Origin: Trichosphaerium sp. ATCC 40318
Taxonomy: Eukaryota > Protista > Tubulinea
Assembly: GCA_038496445.1 (NCBI GenBank)
Contig: JALMLS010000353.1
Span: 248,001 to 312,000, forward strand
Reading direction: 5' to 3'
Length of the DNA: 64,000 nucleotides
Below, one piece after another: positions 25,057 to 39,067 of this stretch. How positions within the stretch are numbered: position 1 is the stretch's first letter; the number at the start of each line of letters is the position of its first letter. Below the pieces are notes generated by a model. It was not told the DNA's origin, did no database searches, and saw only the letters and a list, made by a program, of their open reading frames with translations. A program made the translations under genes and the position numbers.

Positions 25057-27798
25057 TTACATGCAAATTAGTGATACCAAACAAAGTAAACTAAAAACTA
25101 AAGGCATTGAAGACGCTGAAGAACTGGGTGGGATCAAGTCAGCAATTGGTTCTACAGGTTGATCCGATACAGGCGCAGGTGAGGCAACAGGAGCAGGTGT
25201 CTATTAAAACCAATCAGAAAAAACCAGGAAAGGATGAAAAAATGAAAGAAGATTGTCAAACGTACTACAAAGTCATTACATTTTGAGGCAGTCTGCAATT
25301 GTGCAATAGTAGAAGACCATATCTACAACAAAAATTAGACTTTAAAGAGATACTTGCCTTGCATTGTAATAACTCACGTTTTTTTGTCCTGGTACTGAAG
25401 CTGTAGGACATATTTCAGGAAATGTTATTCCTCCTTTACCACCATTAAGACTACAATCTAATGACATCTAGATACAAACCAGACGTAAGAATGTTACAAC
25501 TTAGAAAAAAACAAATAAAAAGGTACATACGTCTGGTCTTCCTCCTGGTAATCCAGCAATTGCCAATACAGTGTACGTTTCCGTTCCAGATATATCTTGT
25601 CCTATAGTACCACCAGCAACGACATTTGTGTTAATATCACCATCATAAGTGCATATTAAACAGCAAGATATCTCTGCAAGTGCATTTCGGCATTCTTCAG
25701 GGAAAGTTGCTCCGAGAAGCAGTGGTTTGGCAAAAAAAATGCCAAAGAGTGCATCGTTTATGAGTGTAGCACAGTTGGTCTTTGAGTACTACATAAAAAG
25801 ATTAACATTCAGGTTACGATGTCAGCATACCTCTTCGAAATTGCTGAAACACTTGTTGCGTGCGATCTCAATAAGTATAGGGCTGGAAAAGTTTACTTTA
25901 AAGTTTGAACGGGTAGAATCAAAGGATTCTGATTGACAGGTTCCAGACTCTTGAGTGTCTCATTAGTATATAAACAGTTTGTTCTGACTTGTTGTACCAC
26001 TGCTACCATCACAAAAACATGAAAAACCAAATAAACATGGATCTTCAGAGCTACTTAGTACATAGGATGCATTACAAGAATCTCCCTAATAAATCTAATC
26101 AACAAGCCAAAATTTTAAGTTACACATAAAATTAATAAACGCTAAGCTTAACGTACGTATCCAGCCTGTAATTCACAAGATCCAGAAACACAAGTAGCAC
26201 CATCAACACATTCGGAATCTCGAAAGCACTTGTCATTCTATTAAATATTAGAAGTATTCTATTAAGTACATTAACCATTAGAAAAAGCAAAAAGCAGTCT
26301 GTGGTTGGTAAAACATACTACAGATAATGGAGTTTGACACGTTCCAATAGAGCCTGCGGTGGCATTGTTGCTGATGCATCTCAATTCTTTTTGACAATTA
26401 CTGTTGTATGCTTGATCTGGAATACAAGCCTCACCCTTTATGAAACAATGTCAGATAACTTAGTAACGAGTTAATTGACCTCACCAAGGGAGATGGAGTT
26501 TGGGATAAACAGACTACACTGAGAGATTGAATCCTACAATTATTTGATCCGCACTGCTTATCGCTGATACAGTCTTCAAGCTATGTGGTATTTGTTAAAC
26601 AACATAACAATACCTGAGGAAAAGTGCGTACATTTGCCCTCTTGGTTTCGCATCTAAACGTTTTATCATTCCAAAATTCTGCGCCATCAATGCACGATAG
26701 CTCAGGATCACCACAAACAAACTTCGGTACAGTGTCAGTAACGAAACATTCTTGTGTTCCACAAGATAATTGAGAGCAATCCTACGGGCGATATATAAGT
26801 ATTGTACGAAAAGAGGTAGGTTATGTGGTACCATGCCAGCACATTGGGAAGCAGTACAATTGTTTGATTGACACTCTTCGTTATCAGTACAGTCTTCTCC
26901 AATTTGTAAGTTAAAACGAGCACATTTACCTCCAATACAGTTTCCATTAAAACACTCAATGTCACTGGTGCATGTGTCACCAATACATACTTTCTTGTAC
27001 TCGCATTTAAGAGTATTTTGGTTACAGAAAAGAGCAACAGGATTACATTCAAGAACTTTCTGCACGAAAATAGTAATTAGCCTGTGACGGATATAGATGT
27101 ATTTTACGTACTTCAACTGTATCTTCCATGGCTTCAGATGTACACTCATCTCCTACATTCGCTTGAAAAACAGTTTCTGCGCATATATCTGCTTTATTAC
27201 ACATAAGACTACTTGCACAATTCTTAACTCTGGGAAAAGAGTTAATTACACTATAAAAAGTTCCATTAACGAAAAGTGACGTACTCTTTACATGATTCTC
27301 CAAGCAGTATTGGTCCAACACAAGAGCAATTACGTATTACTTGTGGCTCACAGTGGCATCTGTCATTTAAAGCACAAACGTGACTAGTTGTAAGGATAAA
27401 TATACACGAAAGGTTGACTTTTTTTTGCAAAAAATCCACGTGCGTGATAAGAGTTCTCTCACGTAGATATGTTTTAGGCGTACGTTTCATTACACTGAGC
27501 GCCAGTTGACACTGTAATTTTATCAATACAGCTCCCTTGAATACAATTTTGTGTCTCTACGCAGCTATCGCATTCTGGAGGTATGCATTTGCCATTGACA
27601 CATCTGTACCTCTCATAGGCACTCTTGAAAAAAGTTAGACCTTTACTTTGTTGTATCGTTCTTTATAGCCGTCACCTGTGTTTTGCAGTCGTCGTAGGAT
27701 GAACACGAGAACGAAGGGTCACAAACATTTGCCAATGAGGTGTAACATAAACAAGCAATGATAACCAGATAGATGACTGATGGAGTTGTTGTACGCAT
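25057..27798 (-). CDS. Cys-rich secreted, probably GPI-anchored surface protein, array copy 3
   Basis: Same architecture and long identical stretches with copies 1 and 2; several exons more divergent (~25560-26240, 26460-26620, 27180-27390). Confidence 0.85.
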
Positions 27799-28419
27799 TG
27801 AGTGGTTGTATTCGTTTTGGTTGTTTCATCTTCACACGGCTAGTTGCGGAACAGGGTAAATCACATCCGTGTGCGGCAACGCGAAAAAGGTATAGTATTG
27901 TACTGTTTGTGTATAGTAGTTAATACAACCAATGAGTAACAATAAAGTCCGTTTTTCCTTTATTTACTGTTCATCCACGTGATATTCTTCATATGAGCGC
28001 TTACCTGATTTTTTTTAGGGAAGGCAGCGCTAGTACTAATTAAATCGTGCGCTACTTGGTGTTTTGGGTAACTATCCTACTGTAACACCTTGTGTTGTAT
28101 ACTAACTACTAGCACTGGGTGGTAAGGCGTCCTGGAGTACCCATACAACGTGCGCATATATTGTCGAGTTTTGTTGTTTTTTTTGTACAGAACGTTGTTT
28201 TTTGGTTTATGAGGTCTGACTGTTCTTACAAAAAAAATAGAATTGCGAATGAATACTGTTTTTTCTGCAAATACGACTTTTAGTTTTATTCGTTTAGAAG
28301 AACATACGTATGACCACGAGAAAGCGAAAATATCAACAAAAATATGGCATAAATCCTCTTTTATTCTAATAGTACGAAAGAGTAAATTAAAATAGGTTTT
28401 TTTGTTTGCTGTGAGAAAC

Positions 28420-31400
28420 TTAGACGAAAGAAAACCCAGTAATGCAATAAACAAGCGTTGCAACTAACGATAAGCACGTCTTGAGAGCAATACTACTAGA
28501 ATCTACAGGAGCAGTCGGTTCAGTTGGAGCTGCGGTGGTAGGTGCTACTGTAGCTACTGGTGGTAAAGGTGGAACAGGAAGATCAGCTGGCTAATAACAG
28601 GTGAGCAATAGCAACTGATCCAAAAAAAAAAGTTCGTACAGAATACGCTGAACATTTAATGGTATCTTGAACTTGTTGTATTGTTTTTTCCCAAACCTTC
28701 GCACCCAGTTAGAAATATCATTGAACATGGTGTTGTCTTACACTAGTGCTTCCACCAGGGCAAACGTTAGGTATAATCAAGCCACCTCTTCCACTGTTAA
28801 GACTACAATCCAAAGAAGCCTACAGTATTGTTTAGTATGTCAGCTGATGTACTGGTAGTTTGAAGTACATCAGGGCGTGCTCCTGGTATTCCTGAAGCAG
28901 TTATCTTTCTATAAATTGTAGGAAGAGTAGCTATGGTTTGGTTGTTTAGAGAACCACCGGCTACAACGCTTGTCGAAAGAGCACCAGGGTAGGTACACAA
29001 TAGACAACAAGATAAATCAGCAACAGGGTTTTTACAATCTTCAGAGATTCTATCAATAGTACGTAAACTGCCTTGTACCAAAGCGCCGAATAGAACTTGA
29101 GAAATTTCATCAACACACTTTGTGATAGCATACTAAAATACAGCTAAGAAAAGCAAAACCAATAGACACAACACTATTTTCAAGAGCAATCTTGTTTCGT
29201 ACTTGTGCGTAGGTAGGGAAGCAATCATTTCCCAGAACTTGAAACAAAACACCAACAGCTAAGCTTGCATCACTTGTTGTTGATGAAGGCATAATTTCTG
29301 GTTGACAACTCGCAGTAGCTAATAATAACGTTAGAAGAAAAACTAGTATAACAGATGTTACCATTTGTATTATCTCCAGCCTCACAAAAGCATCTATTAG
29401 AACCAGTAAGATCACAAAAGTCTCTAGAATCTTCCAACACATATGAAGCATTACAGGGAGCTCCCTATTCACAGATGTACTAGTTACTACAAGTTCAAAC
29501 TGTTTAAATAACGATACCATTACGCAAACATCAGTGCCATTACAGACAAGACCTAACTCGCAGTCGCTTAATCTGAAGCAAGACATATTCTGTTGTAGTT
29601 ATTATTAGCACTAACGTCTTAAAGCGAAGAGCTATACGTACCGCTGAGCGTGGTATTTGGCAAGTTCCACGTGTTATTGTTCTGTTTTCGCTTATACACG
29701 TGAGACCTTTTTGTTACAGAACGACTTAGAGTGGTTGAGGTCAGTAAATAGCAGTACCTTGAGCGCAGCTTGACGAAGCATCTGTTTGAGAACATGGTTC
29801 TCCCTGCAATGTACTTTAACCGTAATGAAAAAAAAAAAACAGTTAAGGACACGTACCGATGCACCTGGTGTCGTTGATAGACAAATGCTTCCTGAATTGT
29901 CAAAATCAACGCAGATGTCTGAAAGGCACTCATCATCAGAATCACATTCTTGCTTCTAAAACAAAAAAAACAGTCTTAGTATGCATAAAGAAAAAAAAAG
30001 GTATTTTATGAGTCTTTATAGTCAAAGAAGTTTGAAGTAGGCGGGTACTGTTCTGGGGGAGAGTACAAAATTTACGAAACATAAGATCTTACTTAAGTAT
30101 GATAGCTGCTTAAAGAAAAAGCCAAAAGGGGAACAAAAATTCTTTTACAAATCTGTCACGTACGTCAGCTCTCTTGGCTTCGCATCTCTTAGAGCTATTG
30201 TGAAACTCTTCACTCTGTTTACAAGAACCTTCTGGATCACCACAAACAAATGTTGGGTCATTTCCTGACGAAGCAAAGCATTGTTCGTCTGCTGCACAAG
30301 CTAGTTGACTACAGTCCTAAGCGATTTTAGTAACTGCTTGCAAGTTCTGTGCTGTAACAGAATAACATGATATCATACCAATCCAATGCAAGTGTTAGTG
30401 GTGCTAGAGCAGTTCTCTGAGTTACATTGTGAAGACTCTACACAAGCTTCACCAAAGTTTAAGGAAACAGCTGCACATTCTCCTTGAATACATTTTGATG
30501 TTAAGCAATCGCTGTCTTTTTCACAAAAATCACCGAGGCATACTTTTTTGAACTGACATTTCTCAGTAGTTTCGTTACAAGAAAGCGCAATTCTATTGCA
30601 ATCGAAGACTTCCTAAAATTTAATGAATTGGAATTCGAAAAGAAAAAATTCAGAAAGCCGTACAGCGATTGTTTGTGTTTGATTCTCTGGAGTACATTTA
30701 TCTCCAACATTACCTTGAAGTATTGTTCTTGAACATATATCAGCTTCATTACAATCCAAACCAAATTCGCAGTTGTCAATCCTAGAAAATGTTAAGACTC
30801 TCCTTGCCTAACAAAAAAACAACTTAGTTGCTATTCATACTCTTCACAAGATTCTCCAAGTCCGATTGGGCCAACACAAGTACAGTTTACCTTGCTGTTA
30901 TCAGGGCAGTAACAATCATCTTCCTCTTTGCAAACATGCCTACACAAGTCATTAAAAACTAGCGAACCAAAAGACATTTCTAGGTTGCGTACGTAGTGTT
31001 GCATGCAGCGCTTGTTTCCACAGTTACCGTATCAACACAAGTGCCTTCTACGCAAACTTGTGATGTTGCGTTGCACGTATCGCATTCTGGAGGTACACAT
31101 TTACCTGCGACGCAACGATATACTGCTGCATTACTCTAAAACTTTCGTTATTGACGCTGAATGCGAATTTGACCAAAAGCCGTTGTAAAACAATAAATAA
31201 CGCTCAAAATACGCTTTGCTTACGCGTAGAATACAAGTTGTACACAATTAATTCGCTAGCGGTTGTTTTTAATCAAAACTACTGTATTTGGCTATACTAG
31301 CGCGTTTACGTACCTGTGAGAGGCAGTCTGATTGCTTAGAGCATTCAAAGGATGGGTCGCAAACGTTGATTGCATTACAGCGTAGCAAGCATACTGCGAC

Positions 31401-31433
31401 AGCAAATAACAAAACCAAGGTGTTTTGGTACAT
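28420..31433 (-). CDS. Cys-rich secreted, probably GPI-anchored surface protein, array copy 4 (old, divergent paralogue)
   Basis: MYQNTLVLLFAVAVCLLRCNAINVCDPSFECSKQSDCLSQ matches NVCDPSFSCSSYDDCKTQ of copies 1-3; CIPPECD, CVGPIGLGESCEE, FVCGDPE, DCKNPVADLSCCLLCTYPG and GIPGARPD conserved; Pro/Thr stalk and hydrophobic C-terminus. Confidence 0.8.
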
Positions 31434-31582
31434 TTTGTGTTATTGTAGAAAGTGACGTCAACGCGGAAATTTAAGGTTTTTTTAATAAATTGTTTTCCAC
31501 CTTTGGACTAGTTAATGTTTAGCGAGTTTTTTTATTTGCTTAGTAGCATCATATAGACGCTTTCTTGTTTTTTTCTTGTGTA

Positions 31583-33718
31583 TCACTGATGAGGTTTTCT
31601 TGTGAAAGGACATTTTGTGCCTGTAGAGTAGACTATCAGCTAAAAAAAAAACACTGAAGTTTGGTTTTTTGGTACCATTTTCATTGAGACGTGTTGGGAT
31701 GTATCGTGTTGAAGGGCACTGAATTTCATTCTCCAAATCTGTTGGTTTATCTACTCTCATCATACTATTCCATAAAGTAGTAGCAAGAGAAGCATGTGTA
31801 GAGTGACTGAAATGAAAACTAAACGGACCTATTAGCACAAAACAGGAAACACAAATTTAATGAAGTAGCTTCAGGTAATTTCACACGTGGTTCATTAGTA
31901 AATAAAAAGGGTCTTGTTACAGGAAATACGAAGTTTGAATGAAAAAATCACGTGCGCTGAAGCAAAAAACAGAAAAAAAAGATGCATAAAGAGCATGACA
32001 TTACCAATCAATTGATAGAGAATTTCTATTAAAAGTGCCGTCAGGGTTTTTAGGGATAGTAAAATCTCTTCCTAAAGGATGATATATGACTTCGAACATA
32101 GGTCCACTCAGTTCATCAGCTATACTCTGAGATTCTTGGTTGTATGCGTCAATAAGAGGCACTACCAACTACCAAATAAAGAGTGTAAGTCAACGTCTTT
32201 TAGAGCTTTTCAAAATAAACGTTGTCAATTTGAATTTTGATCTCTTGAAGTCCTTTCTTAACCTAAACATTACGTACATTTGTATTGATAAATTCTCGTG
32301 TTATTCCAGGTGGAAGCGGTACACCAAATGCTTGGCTGATTTCTGGAAGGAATGCACATGGACAGAAGAAAGGTAATGTTTGATTACAAAAGAAACCTGA
32401 CACTTCTTGAAATCCTGTAACATCAAACATACCAATAAGGTTTACTATTGTATTCTCTAAGTTATCTTTCAATATTTGAAGTGTTTCCTACACATATAAT
32501 AAACATTGAAGAACGCTACTTACAAAGCAAAAAAAAGGAAGTCAAATCTTTGGTTTTTTTTTCATCGTACTCGCATAGATACTGCCCATGATTGAGCTGT
32601 TGCTCCTTCTCTTGAACATAAATTATTACCTACTACATCGATTATAGCGCTACATTGACAGCAAACGTCATTCCCGCCTTTAACAAATTAGTACTTCGTG
32701 AGTAAAAACCCTCCAACTTACCCATAAATATTGTGATAACCTTAGGCACACGTGCAGTTCGTAAGTCACCCAACCCTGCAACCAATCTTCTAGCATGCTC
32801 AGGTACTTCAGACATAATAGCACCAGATACTAATAAAACCTTAATCACAAAGAAAGAAAACTCAAACGGAAACAAAAAAATTACCTGCATAGTTGAATCC
32901 CTTATTACAAACCGTTGGATCAAACTCACACTCACGTAATCCGTTTACTCCTCTGCCACCACCTAGAATATAACTGTCTTTAGTACTAATATAAAGGTTA
33001 TAACTACAAACCCAGTACAAATCCAGAGAATTGTCTGAATAAATTTGGAAGTGTCAGCGTTCTTTCTCTGTAGCCATTAGTGCTATCAACAACACCAGAA
33101 GAAAAAGCAGGTCCTCTCTATAAACAAAAAAGCTAAGTCAGCTTCACAAACCAAGTTGAATTAAATAATCGTGTGCTTTGACGCTTCGACTATTAGAAAA
33201 AATTAATCACGTGCAAACTCGTCTAAAACACAATCAATAGTCTCTGAATCGCAACCAGCTCCAGTTCCAGTGGAAATTGAGTCACCCAGAGTAGCGAAAA
33301 CACGCAAATCTTGTAACCAGGATTAGATATTTCAATCACGTGGTTTAAATTGTGCGCCAAGCGACACTTGTCAAGATTGTATTAATTTAACTTACCGGAG
33401 GGTTGTGCGCAATGTACACTAACGAATGCTTTACTGCGGAGGCTTCTTGGGAATAAAGGACATGTAGCTCGATTGAGATCTCCCGCTACATCAGCTAGAA
33501 GTGGTCCAGTTGGATCATAAGCTTCGCTTTATGGAGGTTTTAATATTATAATTTTATTATTGGCGAATATCGCGTTTGTTAGGTACGTACAGGTCCGCCG
33601 CAGCATCTATTATATCTTGATCTTGAAGAATTGGACATAAGCGGTTAGAGCAATCTTGAGCGACTGATACACTCAAGTAGCCTATTAATAATATAACTAT
33701 GAACCCTAATACTTTCAT
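31583..33718 (-). CDS. secreted GDSL/SGNH lipase, phospholipase B1-like
   Basis: Signal peptide MKVLGFIVILLIGYLSVSVA; VFATLGDSISTG (block I), FNYAVSGA (block II), ITIFMGGNNLC (block III), SIDCFHFSHSTHASLATTLWNSM (DxxH block V). Confidence 0.85.
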
Positions 33719-34157
33719 TCAAGGCAAAAAGTGAATCTACAAGAGGAGATAGTGATTAATAGTCAATGCGAATCTTGCTTTAGCTATTCCTTAAGTTTTT
33801 GTTTAATGACGCAGGCAAGCAAATAACCGCAGGTTTGGCGCCCTCTTACATTTTGACGTGTTGTTCACGTGTTTCTTGAAGTACAGTGTACATCTATACA
33901 CATTCGCTGTTGTGCCTGATCTGCAATCCCGAAAATTGCTTAGAAATAGAAATTATTTCGAAAAAGACTTAGTACTTTACGTAAAGCGTTGTGAGGACGC
34001 AGCTTCGAATTAAGTAGATTTATGCAGCTACCACTTTGTTTTCAACCAAGTGAAAGTTACCTCTAACGCACGTTTCGGTTTTTTGGCAAGAAAAAGCCAT
34101 TTAGTTTGTGTACTGTACCGGAAAAAGCACTTTATCAATTACTGATACAGACGCACT

Positions 34158-36454
34158 ATGAAGGGTCAATCTACTATTACAATCATTTCTATGCTATGTT
34201 TGGTTTATTCCGCAATAGGAGCGCCTGTACAAACAATACTGACGCTCTGAGTACTCACAATGTAAAGGAAGGGCTTGGTAGTGAATTTTACATCACTTAC
34301 GAATCATTTGAAGGCACCAAGGGCGAAGACACTCATATATTAGACTACGCATTGTTTGGCACCACGAAGCAAGTTTTTTTAGCCAAAAGAAAACACCTAA
34401 GTCGTTATTTAGCGTTAAAGTTGGTCTGTATCTATCCTCAGACATCACACGTGTTATTTATACGATAAACGATACTGGAGTAACTATAGAAAGTCCCCCG
34501 TTTGAATATCTTTTGCCAGGCAACACGCGTGAGGAGTTGGGAAATGGTGAGAGCCAGTTTTTTAAGGCTAAAACCATATTAGATCTAATTTCTGGATTAG
34601 GAAAGGAACGACATTTTAACGTTTTGGCAACAACCTGCGATAGTACAAATGAAAAAAATTCAATTTCAATTAACTTTATAATACCTGCGTGTCCTTCAGG
34701 TACCCACATGATTCGTGTTTGCGTACGACTAACACTGTAAGATCACTACCTTGAAGTTTTTTTGGACGATTCACTTCAAGTATGGCAATCACGTGTTTGT
34801 CTCTGTAACATTACATAGGGGATCTCAAAGAATGCTTTCACGTTTACCCCTCAAGGAGATGTTGTTACTGACGCTCAAGATGAAGCTCTACGGTTTAGTG
34901 TACGTACACTTTAATTAATATAACCATCAGCTGATCGGTGGGCTTTGTTTAAGGGCGGCAACGTGTATCTGACCAGCTCTCAGTATACGCTAGAACCTTT
35001 TGCAATTACATTATCTATTTGGGTAAACCCAAGTGCGTGCTAGAGTACACCTAACGTGTTTGTTTTAACATATACTCCAGCAACTATTTCGGGATCTTCA
35101 ACCTTGGTTTTATTGGAAGGAAAACACGAATTTAGGCTGTTAGAACTAAAAATAGGTTCCACAAATATTTGTGTTTTAAGTTATTGACTCTTCTAAACCA
35201 GACAACGGAATACCTTTGTTCAGTACCAAATTAAAATCTGTTCGAATATTCTACAATGTAAAAGGATCTAGTCCTATACAGCCTAACAAGTGGACTCATA
35301 TAGCTGTTGTTGCTGATAACATTTTAAATGAAGACTCAGATACAAGTATAAAGCTTTACGTTGATGGCGAGCTGGTGAACAAAACTGGACCTTTCTTGGA
35401 TAGAACACGTATATCAAAAGGAACTGAAGCTAATTTCACAGTCGGTTCTGATACATATTTTGGTACCTGTAATACAATATTGCTCTACTAATAGTACTTA
35501 ACAGGTATGATATCAGACCTCAAGGTTTACTCCTGTGCGTTCTCTAGCAGTCAAGTGACAAGGTTGTTTTTACAAAACAGAAATGATACTCAAGTTTTGG
35601 AACCTGTTGTCCCAGTTTCGACTGTTACTCCATCTCAAAGCCCAACTCAGAGAGCTTGTAATTACGATAGTTGTACTGATGGCGACGTAAACGTGATTAA
35701 TGAGACTAAAACATTTACTGGTCGCGTACTCATTAATGGTAAATGTTATAGTTCATAGTGGTAACAATGTACTTAATGTTTTGGTTCTAGGTGACTTAAT
35801 CGTAGTTGGAAAGAATAGTACACTTATATTCAACAGTGCAGTTATAAATATAACGGGTTGCATTGAATTTTCAGATCCAAACGTTCAAATTCGTGGCATT
35901 AATAGAACAACAACTCTTCTCATGTGGCAAGGTACATTACCAAATACTTTTTTTTTCTTCAAACCATATTGTCAAAACACGTGTCTGAACAACACGTGGT
36001 ACTCTATTATCGCGATAAATATTTGGTGTTATCAATTAAAGATCCACATTATAGGCAATAAATGTACGTTTTCCACAGCCAAAGCAACCGTTTCATCAGA
36101 CAATAAATGTCATGATGCTACACATAAAACAACAGGTCCACCATCATCAAAAGACTATGATGTTTACTAATGTTGCTTATAGAAAACAGTTTCATCGTTG
36201 TTATTAGGCCGTCAGACACATGCAAGTCAGATACGAATAAACTCGGAATTGTACGATTTTTTGTGTTGACAAGTGCTTTTTCTAACTGTGGGTCTTAGAT
36301 TGTTGGTATTTGCGCTGGTATTATACTCTTAGCTTTACTTGTTTTTATAATTGCGTTCTTTTCATCAAGAAAATTGAGGGAAAAGTTGTTACCACACCAA
36401 ATAAGCTGGAAAAAGCAAGTGCAAAAGGCAAAGAAAGTTAAAAATAATAAATAA
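34158..36454 (+). CDS. type I membrane protein with LamG/pentraxin-like (ConA jelly-roll) domain
   Basis: Signal peptide MKGQSTITIISMLCLVYSAIG; ITLSIWVNP ... NKWTHIAVV ... IKLYVDGELV ... FTVGSD..FGMISDLKVYSCAFSSSQV (LamG-like); Pro/Ser/Thr linker; TM IVGICAGIILLALLVFIIAFF followed by a basic tail. Confidence 0.8.
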
Positions 36455-36694
36455 AATGTTAAATATTCTGTAAACTAGAAAAGTTACAATAAATACTGTT
36501 TGTTTTCCTTTCTGATAGTATTCGGTTTGATGTTATTCTACAACAAACTAATACCTCCACAAAACCTTCAACAAAACTACACATATTGCCATTTAACGAT
36601 GGATGCAAGTCGGACAATATGAGATGAAGTTTTAGCCTTCAATAAAAAACCAGACTTTTACCACCAAATTCTTTACACTATTCAAACACCGTTG

Positions 36695-38885
36695 ATGGCC
36701 AGGGTTCTTTTAAGTATTCTGCTACTCGCAGTTACTTTAGTAGCTAGCGAAAAGCTTGTTGTCCATTTAAAAGACTACAAAGACGCTCCAAAACTCAAAA
36801 CATACTTGGAACAACATAAAGACGCCAGTTTTGAATGTATTCTGAGCGATGAAAGCCGTCACGAACAAAATCCGATTCTAGCTTCTATTTATCATGTCCA
36901 CGCATCATCAGAAACACAAAGGTATCGTTTTATGTACCTAATTGAAAAGTCTTTCGAAAATAACGGAAAAAACCTCGCTCAACTTTTTTTGTTGTTTTTT
37001 TTGGGAACACAGGTTTGTCATGACTAAAACTCAATCTATTTTAGGTCTGAGATGCAAAGGGCACTACTGAATCTTGACTTTATTGATGCAGCGTATACCA
37101 AAACGGTATGATTTAGGTAAACTTATTTTTTAGTAACTTATTTACAAAGGAACCTGAACTTGCCGTGATGAATGATGAAGAAGTTGTTGGTAAGCGTTTT
37201 TTTTTTTACCACGTTTTTGTCACGTGATAGCTTTTTTTTTCTTCCCTCCTTACATGGATAGTTAATCACACTGTATCTGAATTAATAAACACGCCATTGT
37301 ATGAAAATATGCAAGGATACCTCGACGAGCCACCTTTTGGCGTTGGCGCTAAATACGTATGTTTATTTGTTTATTTCGCTTATATTAACACTGTTTAAGA
37401 TGTGGTCTATCCCTGGCGGTATGGGCGATGATGTAACCATAGTAGATGTTGAAGGAGGTTGGACTTTAGGTGCGTATTGTTAGAAGATACAGTGAAAAAC
37501 TTGCCAGTCGCTGATTGTTGAGTTAATAGATCATGAAGATTTGCATCAACATGGTGGAAAGGTGCTACCAACGTCTATTCCTTATTAGTATAGTAACAAA
37601 AATAGCTCGTTTCAGGTGTTAACAGAGATGATACAACATGGCTTCCACATGGAACCGCAGTGTTTGGCGAATATGGCGGTTGGATGAACGACTTTGGAGT
37701 AACTGGAATTGGTACGCTCTATTTTTATAACGTAATAACTGACTTCATTAGCTTCACGTGCCCGAACTGATGCATCTTCCATTTTTCAACCAAGTGGGTC
37801 AGCCAATACACCAAAGGCAATAATAGACGCTGCTGATTATTTGAGGTAAGTAAAGAACAATAAAAGTACCAAAAATTAATACGTTTTTCAAATAAAGGCC
37901 AGGTGACATTATGCTCATTGAACTGCATCAAATCGGTCCTAATAACAACTATATTGCTGTTGAATGGTGGCCTGATAACTACGCTGCACTTAAATATGCA
38001 ACGGATAAAGGTACGTTGACTTAAAATAAAAAAAATTACCCAACCTTAAAACCGTTTCAAAGGTGTCATTGTCATCGCCGCAGCTGGTAATGGAAACCAG
38101 GATCTGGATAATCCTGTATATGATAGACCACAACCAGGTTTTCCATCATCATGGAATAACCCATTCAGAAGAAACGTACGTTACATGGAAGGATTTTTGA
38201 GGAAGAAAGCAGTCTATTTTTAGAATCTAATGTAACTTTAGCCTGATGATTCTGGTTGTGTCCTAGCTGGAGCTGGCGCTCCTAAGAGTGGAAACTATGG
38301 ACCACCAAGATCCCGACTAGACTTTTCAAACTACGGATCTGCAGTAGACGCACAGGTAGATGGTTTTGTTTCATTATTCTTCTTGTTTTTTCTTATCATT
38401 GTAGGGATGGGGAAGAGAAGTTACAACCTGTGGATATGGTGATTTACAAGGAGGAAATGCAAAGGTACGTACAAAACAATACAAAAGCAAAAAAAGAAGC
38501 AAGCCCGCTTGTGTTTTAATTGAAACTTTTTTTTAAAATCTTCTTTTTTAGATTCGTTATACCAAGCAATTCTCTGGAACTTCAAGCGCTTCACCTATTG
38601 TAGTAGGTTCTATTGCTAGTATACAGGTATAACCTATGTCTTGTTGTCAGTTTTAATTCAAAGATAGGGTGCCTTGAAAGCTAACAATCTTCAAACTTTG
38701 ACACCAAGTACTGCAAGAGAAGCACTTAGAAATACTGGCTCAGAGCAGCAACCGTATGTAGTCACATTACCAAAAACTACTGCTTTGATTTTAATGACTT
38801 ATTGTATAGTGTATCTGGTCGTCCAACTTCCCAAAGAATTGGTAATTTACCAGACCTCGAAGAGTTATGGAATTACGTTAGATAA
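36695..38885 (+). CDS. secreted subtilisin-like serine protease (family S8)
   Basis: Signal peptide MARVLLSILLLAVTLVAS; catalytic D (VTIVDVEGGW..HEDL), H (HGTAVFG), oxyanion N (VIAAAGNG), FSNYGS and S (FSGTSSASPIV). Confidence 0.92.
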
Positions 38886-39067
38886 ATGGCTTGAATTAGT
38901 TAATAAACAACAATCAAGCAAGTTTGCTTGATTTTACCTTCATACTCAAGTACTGTGCGTTTTTTAGACATGTTATTGTATTTTAGAAGGGTTTTTGAAT
39001 GTTATTCTCTCAACTAGTGTTTCACTAGCAGTTTTAGAGATGCTTGTTAGACATGCTAAAAATGTTT

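Larger units (their letters stand above)
18704..27830 (-). repeat. tandem segmental triplication, unit ~3.1-3.3 kb (gene plus part of the downstream spacer)
   Basis: Long identical runs at e.g. 20410-20760 / 23590-23930 / 26830-27170; non-coding spacers 21545-21770 and 24750-25060 also alignable. Confidence 0.9.
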
